A stretch of 47,252 nucleotides of DNA from Myxococcota bacterium (GCA_039028615.1 JBCCHT010000063.1:1-47252), one strand, 5' to 3'. Positions 9,169 to 17,211 are shown, numbered from the stretch's first letter. A program made the numbers and translations. The notes: generated by a model from the sequence alone, not told the origin.

Positions 9169-10032
9169 CTACGTCGTGGCGCCGTGGCGTTGCTGCTCGG
9201 CGATCTGGCAACCGGCTCGATACGCATCCGCGTTGGCGACCAGTTGCTCGATGTGGCAGTGCTCGCCGACGGTGGCGGCATCCTGCAGGGTCTTGGTGAC
9301 GGGCTCGTGTGCCCCCTGCCCGTACAGGGTGTTGCGATGCGCAACGAAGGCGAGCAGCTGTCGGAAGCGGAGGCTGTCGGCGTCGCTGACCCGCGGCACG
9401 TGGTTCATCGTGATCAGCCGTCGCGGGCCGCGGGCGTGGAAAGCGGCATGCTTGATGTTCGCGTCGAAGATCAAGACATCGCCGGGCGCCGACTCGAGCG
9501 CGACGCTGGGGATCTGATGTCCGCGGCGGCCCCAGTAGCTCAGCTCGTGGGCGACACGGTTGGTCGAGACTCCCGTGGCCAGCTCGGAGCTGAGAGCGGC
9601 GGAGAACTGATCGTTGGCGTGGTGTGAGCCGGGGATGACCCGCAGACAGCCGCTATCGGCGTGCAGGTCTTCGAGGTAGATCGAGATTCGCAGCGAACGA
9701 AAGGGCAGCACCAGTCGGCCCGCGCCATCGTCCGAGTGCCAGGGGGTGCACTCGCCGGAGAACACCTGGCCCGTGGAGCCGACGTACGAGAAATCGTCTC
9801 CGAGCAGGTCTCGGATCACGGAGACGAGCGGGTCGCCGAAGCCGATGCTGGCCAGTCGCGGGTCCTCGCCCAGGATGTTCGCAATGGACACTCGCTGACC
9901 GGGATGAGCCTCGCGCCATCGGGCCGCGCAGGCATCGAACGCGTGCTCGATCTCGGCGATCCGTGTCGAGAGCAGCCCCGGCAGGTGGAGGAACCCAAAG
10001 GTCTCGAAGAACGAGCGGTCTTGCGAAGGCAT
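9169..10032 (-). CDS. PhyH (phytanoyl-CoA dioxygenase) family 2OG-Fe(II) dioxygenase
   Basis: FFETFGFLHLPGLL, WHSD, SGCLRVIPGSH, PGDVLIFD..IKHAA...R motifs. Confidence 0.9.
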   Translation of the reverse strand: MPSQDRSFFETFGFLHLPGLLSTRIAEIEHAFDACAARWREAHPGQRVSIANILGEDPRLASIGFGDPLVSVIRDLLGDDFSYVGSTGQVFSGECTPWHSDDGAGRLVLPFRSLRISIYLEDLHADSGCLRVIPGSHHANDQFSAALSSELATGVSTNRVAHELSYWGRRGHQIPSVALESAPGDVLIFDANIKHAAFHARGPRRLITMNHVPRVSDADSLRFRQLLAFVAHRNTLYGQGAHEPVTKTLQDAATVGEHCHIEQLVANADAYRAGCQIAEQQRHGATT

Positions 10033-10064
10033 GACGTGGGGCCTAAGAGGTCGAGAGGAAGGAG

Positions 10065-10097
10065 GGCTGCGCCGCCCCGAGTCGGAGCGACGCAGCC
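10065..10097 (-). promoter_or_regulatory. GC-rich mRNA stem-loop directly downstream of the precursor gene
   Basis: Minus-strand RNA GGCUGCGUCGCUCCGA-C-UCGGGGCGGCGCAGCC; the arms pair fully only with two G.U wobbles, which works on the coding (minus) strand. A pyrimidine tract follows. Confidence 0.7.
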
Positions 10098-10107
10098 GCA
10101 CAGCTGG

Positions 10108-10299
10108 CTACTGCCAGGTGTCGTTGGCGTTGATCGTGTGCAGCCGGATCGGGCCCAGCGGGTTGGTGGGAAGGGGGCCACCCGCGCCGGGAACCGCCGC
10201 ACCACCGAGGACCTCCTTGAGCTGCTCGAGGTCGAGCACCTTGGTGTCGGCGCCCACGATGTTGTCGTCAGATTTGGTGTTCTTCTCGTTCTTGTTCAT
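10108..10299 (-). CDS. RiPP precursor peptide with double-glycine leader
   Basis: MNKNEKNTKSDDNIVGADTKVLDLEQLKEVLGG|AAVPGAGGPLPTNPLGPIRLHTINANDTWQ; LDLEQLKEVLGG fits the L(S/D)xxELxxIxGG leader consensus. It lies between tfuA-ycaO and the tailoring genes. Confidence 0.85.
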   Translation of the reverse strand: MNKNEKNTKSDDNIVGADTKVLDLEQLKEVLGGAAVPGAGGPLPTNPLGPIRLHTINANDTWQ

Positions 10300-10401
10300 T
10301 TGTCTATCGACTTTCCGTTACAGGGTTGATGTGAGTGCACCCGAGAGCATCCCGGATGCCTTGGGGGCAAAAATTCGGAAGGGGGTTTGGTGTCAGATCG
10401 T

Positions 10402-12378
10402 CTACGCGTGGTCTTGCACAGGAACGGGAACGCGGCGATCGGCTTTGTCGCGGAGCCAGCCCAGCAATCGTGGTCCCACGTGCGTGGCACAGAGTCCTGC
10501 CTCGTAACCGGGGACGATGCAGCGCACGACGTGGAAGCGCCCGTCGTCCAGCGACAGATCGACCGCGAGGACCCGCTCGAGTCCACCCCCCTTGCAGACC
10601 TCGAGCGCACGCTGGAGGTCGCCAGTGATGGTGCGAGTGCTGAGATCGGGCAGCTGTCGGAAGTCGACCGGCTCGGTGCTGCTCCACTGCAGCGCATGCT
10701 GTCGCACGGTCTGGATGTCCATCCCGGCCCGGGCAGCCTTGTCACGCTCGAGGTCCTCGCGCGAGCCCGACACCACCGTGAGCCGGGTGTAGACCGCCTC
10801 GCTCAGCGCGGACGCGAACGCAACGCGGGGGTCGAGGTGACACGCCTGGCCGGCGTTGACGTACAGCGTGTTGTCTTCGTTGCGATCGTCGAGCGCGACA
10901 GAGAACAGCGGCAGCGAGAACTCGTTGTAGACGACCCAGCAGTGCACATCGATGCCGGCCGATTGCAGCGTCTCGATGACGTGCCGGCTGTGCTCGTCGG
11001 TGATGGTCGACAGATCGAGCGGCCGTCCATCGCGAAACCACCAGGCGTAGGTCGCGATGTCTCGCTCGATCACCTCGATCAGCCCGTAGAGCAGCGCCTC
11101 GGTGAGGGTCGCTCCCGTGGCCGCCCCGGCGGAGCTCGACGGGAACAAGCGTGGGCCCTCGGGGACGGGAAAGAACACGGAGGCCGCGGGAACCATCATG
11201 GCCTCGCCCGTCAGCAGGTCACGGGCGGGCCACCACGGGAGGGGCTCCGACTCCGACCAGGTACAGTCGAGCTCCCGAACCAGTGCATTGGGGTGCAGGA
11301 CGCGGTGCTCCCGAGCGACCTCGGCGAGCGTGCCGTACACCACGGGGCGATTGCGGCAGGACAGACACGCCCGCTCCACGGCTTCCAACAAGGCGCCGAC
11401 TCGTGCTCCGTCGGCACTGAGCCCCTTGCCGCCGGTCACCGTGATGTCGCCGACGTCGGCATAGGGGCGAAGCGAGCTGTAGCTCGATAGCCCCAGGCGT
11501 TCGAGGTCGGAAAGATCGGCCAGCCTCGTCACGCCGACCCTTCGGGCGTCGATCCATGCCCGCTCCAGCGCGGCCTCGGGGGACGAGATTCGATGAGAAC
11601 CGGGCGTCTTGGGCTGCTCGCCGGGCCGCCCGAGGAACTGCTCGACCGAGGGGGGCTCGGCCGGGACGTACTGCATCGTCGGCGGCCCTGCGGGGGCGCG
11701 GCGAACAATTCGGCGTTCCGCGATCCGGGTGAGCAACTCCACCGCATCGAGAGCCTTGCGATCGTGGGCGCGCGGATCTTGCTCCATGGCGGAGACGAGA
11801 GTCGACAACGCCGCATTGCTCGAGGTCGCGGGCGCCTGGCGCAGAAAGTCGAAGGTCCGCTCCCAGTACGGCACATCCGCCGCGCAACGCAGCGCAGCAT
11901 CGACCTGCGCCGCGCCGAGGACCCCGCTCGCCACCGCGCGCTCACCGGCCCATCGTAGGTTGACCATGGGCACGGACATTGCTCGATGCCGCTCGGTGTC
12001 GAACACGAGCGCGACCTCTTCGTCGGACTCGATGCGGCCGGAGACATAGGCCTCGTAGATCCAGCCGACCCCGTTCATCCCCAAGGGCTGACTCTCGGAG
12101 GCCCGCAGCGCGCCCATCGAGGACGAGCCGCAGATCCATGCTCCCGCGTGAACGGCCTCGCGAATCTCGACCAACGAGACGGACAGGCTCTGGGAAAACT
12201 CGCCGTCGATGATCGCGAAGCGTGACCACCCTTCGGCGAGCAAGCGCGGCAGGTCCCCGCGTCGAATCGGAGGCTGGAAGTGGGCATCCGGGAGGATTGC
12301 CTCGGCGTCTTCGCGGGGCAGGCACGGACCCTGGAACACGACCCAGCGCTCGTCTCGATGTTCGTCGTTCGTGTTCAT
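10402..12378 (-). CDS. tfuA-ycaO: TfuA-YcaO fusion (putative backbone thioamide synthetase)
   Basis: TfuA: VFQGPCL, PPIRRGDL, IIDGEF, GSSSMGALRASE, GVGWIYE, DEEVA, PMVNLR, RKALDA. YcaO: GVTRLADL...GKG...EAVER, SAGAATG...GLIEVIERD, EAVYTRL..SGSRED. ATG 12378 with a GGAGG RBS, 2 bp after the upstream TAG. Confidence 0.92.
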   Translation of the reverse strand: MNTNDEHRDERWVVFQGPCLPREDAEAILPDAHFQPPIRRGDLPRLLAEGWSRFAIIDGEFSQSLSVSLVEIREAVHAGAWICGSSSMGALRASESQPLGMNGVGWIYEAYVSGRIESDEEVALVFDTERHRAMSVPMVNLRWAGERAVASGVLGAAQVDAALRCAADVPYWERTFDFLRQAPATSSNAALSTLVSAMEQDPRAHDRKALDAVELLTRIAERRIVRRAPAGPPTMQYVPAEPPSVEQFLGRPGEQPKTPGSHRISSPEAALERAWIDARRVGVTRLADLSDLERLGLSSYSSLRPYADVGDITVTGGKGLSADGARVGALLEAVERACLSCRNRPVVYGTLAEVAREHRVLHPNALVRELDCTWSESEPLPWWPARDLLTGEAMMVPAASVFFPVPEGPRLFPSSSAGAATGATLTEALLYGLIEVIERDIATYAWWFRDGRPLDLSTITDEHSRHVIETLQSAGIDVHCWVVYNEFSLPLFSVALDDRNEDNTLYVNAGQACHLDPRVAFASALSEAVYTRLTVVSGSREDLERDKAARAGMDIQTVRQHALQWSSTEPVDFRQLPDLSTRTITGDLQRALEVCKGGGLERVLAVDLSLDDGRFHVVRCIVPGYEAGLCATHVGPRLLGWLRDKADRRVPVPVQDHA

Positions 12379-12380
12379 GA

Positions 12381-14309
12381 CTATGCGGCCTCCACCAGGA
12401 AGGGTCGGAACCGGGCGTCGATGCGGATGTCGTGCTCGTGGAACAGACGTTGGACTCGCCACTGCGCCAGCCCGTCGTCGTCGTCATCGGGGCCGATGTC
12501 GTGCAGCGCTCGAAGCACGCTCGCCTCGCTGTCGTGGCTCGCCAGCAACGCCTCCAGCAAGCGGTACGGGGTCGTCTGGGTACGCCCACTCGGATCGACA
12601 TCGACTCCGAGCCCAGCCATGAGCTGCTCGAACGCGGGGCTGCGATGGCCTCGGAGCAGCTCGCACAGGATGAACGCCAGCGCGTTGTCGAGTGCATGCC
12701 CGGCCTCGTCCGGGTCGAGTCGCTCGGCGAGCAGGCGCGGCGATGGACCAGTGCCGTCGGGCCACAGTCCGCTCAAGCGGTTGGCGAGGGCGTCCGGCAC
12801 CCCCGGCAGCGCGGGAGGCTCGGGGCCGAGCCGGGCGGCGATCCACTCGGGGGTCGCGCTTCGACGCAAGAAGCGGCACCAGTCGCGCCCCTTGCGGTGC
12901 TCACCGGCCAGCAGCGTCTTCTCCACGTAGTCGAAGAACGACAGAGCCTCGGTCACGCCACCCAGGGCTCCGACGATCGCCTTGGGGATGTGGAAGGTCG
13001 GGTGCAACAGGCGCGTGTCGTCGCTCGACGTCGTGCCGGTATGGGTCTGCGAGTGCGCGACCGACTGCTCTCCGACCACGTCCACCACGCTGTCGAAGAG
13101 GCGGGTGCCCACCCCGACCTCGGCGCGGGCGAAGCGACCGGCGAGGTCTCGATCGTAGCGCTTCAGCGTCTGGGCGATCGTGTTCGGGGTGCTGAACGCA
13201 TTGCCCAGAAACAGCCCGATCTTGGCCCCTCGGCCATCGGGTCCGCCGGGCAACAGCTCGGCCGTGATCTGGGCGTGCTCCACCAGGTCGGACGCTCGGT
13301 AGGGCACCCGGCAGGATCGCAGGACCGAGTCCTCGAGCGCAGGGAAGTCGTTCCAGCCTCCCATGAAACCGGAGCGGTACATCAGCTCGAGATCGTCGCG
13401 ACCGAGCCACCGCGGCAGCATGTACGCGCGCCACGACACCGGAGTCGTTCGCCCCTCGTTGAAGCGAAGGAACCGCTCGGAGACCGTGCGCGCCAGATCG
13501 GCCGAGCCCATGTTGAGCTCCGAGCAGACCAGCCACACGCTGCGGACCCCCTGGCGAGCCAGGAACTCCACGTCGGCCATGACCGCATCGAGGTCTCGGA
13601 CGCGGGTCTTTCGGCCTTTGACGGTGGGCTCGGTGCAAAAGTAGCAGCGATAGGGGCAACCGCGAGCCAGCTCGACGGCGACCGTGGGCGGGTCTTGCCC
13701 GTGGAGCTGGCCTTGGCCGTAGAAGCTCTCGAGCGCCGCGAAGACCTCTTCGTCGTACTCGCGCTCGTTCAGCGGCGCGTGGAAGACCCTGGCGTTGGAG
13801 GCCACCTGTCCCCCGTCGTCGAAGAGCAGGTTGTCGACGCGATCGAGGTCTCGGCCCGCGAGGACCGAATCGAACGCGGCCAGCATGCCATCGGGCTCGC
13901 CTTGAACCCCGAAGTCCACGCCGAGGTGCCGATAGAGGCGATGAGCGTGCGTCGTGAATCCGAAGCCGCCCGCGAAGATCTTGGCGTCAGTACGCCGACG
14001 AACCTGCTCGACCAGCCACCGGGTGTCACGCAGCGGAAAGTAGGCGAACTCGGAGGTCGACGGGTGGTAGTCGCGGAGCAGGAGCGAATCGGCCTGGCGC
14101 AGGTGGACTCCCACCGCGCGAGGACGGTGCGTCTCTAGCAGCCGATCGAGGTGCGGTCCGATCTGCTCGGGCGCGACTCCGAACAGATCGTGCCCGACCA
14201 CCCGCAGACCATGCTGCTTGGCGATCGCCCTCACTTGCACGAATGCATAGGGATAGACCGGGCGCCGCGGATAGTTCGTCGCGTTGAGCAGCAGGAGATC
14301 GGTAGACAT
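12381..14309 (-). CDS. Cobalamin (B12)-binding radical SAM enzyme (class B methyltransferase-like)
   Basis: N-terminal B12-binding Rossmann pattern (VYPYAF...VGHDL...PRAVGVHLR...IFAGGFGFT...GVQGEPD), then ELARGCPYRCYFCTE. Confidence 0.88.
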   Translation of the reverse strand: MSTDLLLLNATNYPRRPVYPYAFVQVRAIAKQHGLRVVGHDLFGVAPEQIGPHLDRLLETHRPRAVGVHLRQADSLLLRDYHPSTSEFAYFPLRDTRWLVEQVRRRTDAKIFAGGFGFTTHAHRLYRHLGVDFGVQGEPDGMLAAFDSVLAGRDLDRVDNLLFDDGGQVASNARVFHAPLNEREYDEEVFAALESFYGQGQLHGQDPPTVAVELARGCPYRCYFCTEPTVKGRKTRVRDLDAVMADVEFLARQGVRSVWLVCSELNMGSADLARTVSERFLRFNEGRTTPVSWRAYMLPRWLGRDDLELMYRSGFMGGWNDFPALEDSVLRSCRVPYRASDLVEHAQITAELLPGGPDGRGAKIGLFLGNAFSTPNTIAQTLKRYDRDLAGRFARAEVGVGTRLFDSVVDVVGEQSVAHSQTHTGTTSSDDTRLLHPTFHIPKAIVGALGGVTEALSFFDYVEKTLLAGEHRKGRDWCRFLRRSATPEWIAARLGPEPPALPGVPDALANRLSGLWPDGTGPSPRLLAERLDPDEAGHALDNALAFILCELLRGHRSPAFEQLMAGLGVDVDPSGRTQTTPYRLLEALLASHDSEASVLRALHDIGPDDDDDGLAQWRVQRLFHEHDIRIDARFRPFLVEAA

Positions 14310-14383
14310 GAAACCAAGCCGCACCAGGAACCGTGCGCCTCTTCGTCGTGCACCGATAGAGTCGTTGTAGGGAAAACGGATCA

Positions 14384-14405
14384 GAGAAAAATTCGAATTT
14401 TCCTC
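14384..14405. promoter_or_regulatory. AT-rich palindrome upstream of the RiPP operon (candidate operator)
   Basis: GAGAAAAATTCGAATTTTCCTC, with a perfect 14-bp core AAAATTCGAATTTT at 14388-14401, about 78 bp upstream of ATG 14309. Confidence 0.5.
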
Positions 14406-14650
14406 GGGGCGAAATTGTCTCTGGGAGGGGCTCGAGCGGTTGCGAACGGCCGAGCGGCCAGCCGCCCCAAAACGATGAACGATCCCCCGTCGGCTCGATC
14501 GACGGACAGTGGTACGTGCTCGGCATCGATGCCATCGATCCCCACTGCGGGTAGCTGGACTCCGCAAAAACGAAAGAGGCCTCGATGCTCGCCGAATCCT
14601 CGCGGACTGGCGGCACCGAGGCCTCATTCACCCTTGCCCGGGCGCGTGGG

Positions 14651-16591
14651 CTACTCCTCGACCTGGCTGACCACCATGTTGACGAAGGTCGAGTCGCACC
14701 AGTTGGCGCCGAGCCCTTGATGAACGCGAAGGTAGACCCGCTCACCCGTGGCCATCGACAGCGCCACGTCGTGCTCGTAGGTGATGCCGAAGTCCCCGTA
14801 CTGCGTCCACAGCAGGTTGCCCTGGTCGTCGCGAAGCTCGATGTCTACCCCTTGGCCGACACAGCCGGGGTCCCCCGTGCCGATCTCCACCGCCACGTCG
14901 GCCTCGCCATCCGCGGGCGCCTCCCAGGCCAGCGTCGTCCAGCCGGCACAACCCTTGACCGAAGGCGGAACCATGACGAGCTGGTCCGGATCGGTGATCC
15001 AGGGGAAGAACGATGCGTCGGTGCAGGTCGGATCGCGCCACGAGTCGTTCCCCCAGTAGGCCGGGCCGGGCTCCAGCTCGGTGTAGTTGCCGTTGCCGTC
15101 CGCGTCGTACAGGTAGCGCCACGTGTCGTCCTCTTGGTCGCTGCCCGCGGTGCACAGCGACTGACCCAAGACGCGGGGATCGTCGTCGATCACCACGCAG
15201 CCATAGCCCGGGCCCCCCATCGAGCCACCGTCGGCGAGCCGCACGATGTACCAAGTCCCCAGCAACGAACACAGCTCGCCGTTGCGCGCTCGCGCCTCGT
15301 CGGGGGTCACGAGCGAGAAGTCCCCCGAGCACGTGCCGTCGCCCGGGAACAGCTGGTCCTGGTGCGGCACTCCGAGCTCGAAGTCGGCCGCGGCATCGTA
15401 GATGGTCGGCTCGACGCACGACCCATCCGCCGCCACCGAGGCACCGGCCAGCTCCGCCTCGCACGCGCTGCCGTAGGTCACCCCATCACAACCGCAGACC
15501 TCACCCGCCGGGGCGAACTCGCAGCCGATGGGTTGGGCTTTGCACATCCCCGCGGCCACCGTGCCGCACGCCGCCGCCTCGTCGAAGCTGCAGAACGAGT
15601 CCGCGCTGCAGTCGTCGTTGCTCGTACACGCCCCGGCGCCCTGGTAGGCGTACAGCGGCTGGCACGGCTCGACGTCGAAGTCGGTGTGCTGCGGGCCCCA
15701 GTACCAGGACTGACTCTGCGTGAGGTTGTTCCACACGCCCATGCCCATGTAGCCCACGACGTCCACCCAGTACGAGACGCTGGTTGGTCCATCGTAGAGG
15801 ATGGGGAACACCTGCCAGTTGTTGCCGGACTCCGCCGTGACGGCGAACGCCTCGGTGGTGGGCACCGTCCCCACGAGCGACTGGTACGCGGGCGTGCTGC
15901 CGTTGACCTGCGCTGCGACGACGCTACCGAAGGGCAGGTCGTAGTCGGCGGCCGTGCCTGCTCCTTGGTTGGGGAACCATGCCTGGTACGCCTGATTGGC
16001 GGCGTTCCAGGTGAACACGCCGGTCACCGAGCTGCCCAGCTGCGCCGCGACATCCGAGGCACGCGAGGGTCCGCCCAGCATGCACAGGCCCAGCTTGTTG
16101 TAGCCTGGCGCCATCTCGGTGGTCTTCTTCATCAGCATCGTCGACGGCTGGCCATCGATGCTGAGGCGATAGAAGGTGTCCGACGTGGGCTGATCGTGAT
16201 GCGCCGCGTCAGCATCGATGTAGCTGGTGGTCCCCGCGGGAAGCACGATGACCTCCGCGCCCGAGCTGGGCAGGGCAGCAGCGTCGCTCAAGTCGGTGGG
16301 CTCCGTCGTTCGGTACAGGCGAACATCGGCGCCGGAGGGCCCGGCCACCGACCAGTCGAGCACAACGTCGTTCCCGACGACCGAGACATCCACACCGAAG
16401 CCCGGGAAGGCCGGCGTCCCACGACCATCCTCGAGCGCATCCGCAGCGGAGTTCGGCACGCCCTCCCCTTCTTCCTCATCGGCGAGTTCGGCCTCGAGCT
16501 CCAGGTCGTTGGTGGGGCCCTCGGCCTGGCAGGCCGGCAGCGCGAGCAGGGCGAGGGTCGTAAGGGCAGCGTGGGTGGTCTTGATGGTCAT
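14651..16591 (-). CDS. Multidomain secreted lipoprotein with Kazal-like and aerolysin/pertussis-toxin (APT)-like domains
   Basis: Lipobox LALPAC; VCGCDGVTYGSAC (Kazal-like); DQLFPGDGTC...VTPDEA...LGTWYIVRLADGGSMGGPGY...SLC (APT-like); ATG 16591 with a GAAGGA RBS. Confidence 0.75.
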   Translation of the reverse strand: MTIKTTHAALTTLALLALPACQAEGPTNDLELEAELADEEEGEGVPNSAADALEDGRGTPAFPGFGVDVSVVGNDVVLDWSVAGPSGADVRLYRTTEPTDLSDAAALPSSGAEVIVLPAGTTSYIDADAAHHDQPTSDTFYRLSIDGQPSTMLMKKTTEMAPGYNKLGLCMLGGPSRASDVAAQLGSSVTGVFTWNAANQAYQAWFPNQGAGTAADYDLPFGSVVAAQVNGSTPAYQSLVGTVPTTEAFAVTAESGNNWQVFPILYDGPTSVSYWVDVVGYMGMGVWNNLTQSQSWYWGPQHTDFDVEPCQPLYAYQGAGACTSNDDCSADSFCSFDEAAACGTVAAGMCKAQPIGCEFAPAGEVCGCDGVTYGSACEAELAGASVAADGSCVEPTIYDAAADFELGVPHQDQLFPGDGTCSGDFSLVTPDEARARNGELCSLLGTWYIVRLADGGSMGGPGYGCVVIDDDPRVLGQSLCTAGSDQEDDTWRYLYDADGNGNYTELEPGPAYWGNDSWRDPTCTDASFFPWITDPDQLVMVPPSVKGCAGWTTLAWEAPADGEADVAVEIGTGDPGCVGQGVDIELRDDQGNLLWTQYGDFGITYEHDVALSMATGERVYLRVHQGLGANWCDSTFVNMVVSQVEE

Positions 16592-16870
16592 GGCGTGTAC
16601 GTCCTTCGGGGGCCAGGCGCCTCGTCGGTGACCGCACGGTTTTTCATCGTGCCGGTCGCCGAACGGGGCGGCGTTTCGACTTCGAGGGCGGCGACGAGGC
16701 CCGCTCGCCCGGTTCGCCCTAGCTGTCCGACCACACCCGGTTTCGTTCCCGCCTTTTTGCTGGCTACTTCGAATGGCCGTACGAGGCCCCCGAACGCCGC
16801 TACGGAGCCCTTCGCCCGGGACGAGGGCCGACGACCGAGGCCGCCGGCCCAGCTGCGATAGCCTGACCAG

Positions 16871-17158
16871 GTGCCGGTCTCCGCTCGAATCGAAGCGATC
16901 TTGGCGAAGCAACGCAGCGATGCCGAGCAGCGCGATTGGAGCACGGCCAAGGGCATCGTCGCTGCGGTCGGAGCCGCACGCGATGCGCTGGAGCGAAGGC
17001 TCGCCCAGCCGGGCGCCCCACCATCGGCAGAGCAGCTCGCGGACGCAGTCGAGGCCGCCAAGGCCGAGTTTCGTGAATTGTGGGAGGACGAAGCGGGCTA
17101 CGGACTCGCGACGCTCGGCGAGATTGCGGCCGCCCTCCGATCGGGGCCTGAGGACTGA
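16871..17158 (+). CDS. Small helical hypothetical protein
   Basis: GC3-biased codons; fills the gap between flanking genes; no recognisable motif. Confidence 0.5.
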   Translation: MPVSARIEAILAKQRSDAEQRDWSTAKGIVAAVGAARDALERRLAQPGAPPSAEQLADAVEAAKAEFRELWEDEAGYGLATLGEIAAALRSGPED

Positions 17159-17211
17159 GCCGCCTTCGCGGCCCCAGCCTCACCCGTGTCGCGCTCGGCG
17201 GCCGGGCTCGA

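Noticed and set aside
10402..12378. YcaO as an azoline-forming cyclodehydratase (TOMM/thiopeptide)
   Set aside because: It is fused to TfuA, there is no E1-like partner or flavin dehydrogenase, and the core has no Cys or Ser.
14585..16861. Long antisense or alternative-frame ORFs (e.g. 14585-16861 +, 12432-14138 +, 38580-40268 -, 36998-38494 +)
   Set aside because: They are shadow ORFs of high-GC genes; the opposite strand carries the recognisable motifs.
16592..16870. Possible riboswitch in the leader of the APT-like lipoprotein (hairpin near 16625-16662)
   Set aside because: It does not match the c-di-GMP, cobalamin or SAM consensus elements I can recall; an Infernal/Rfam scan would be needed.
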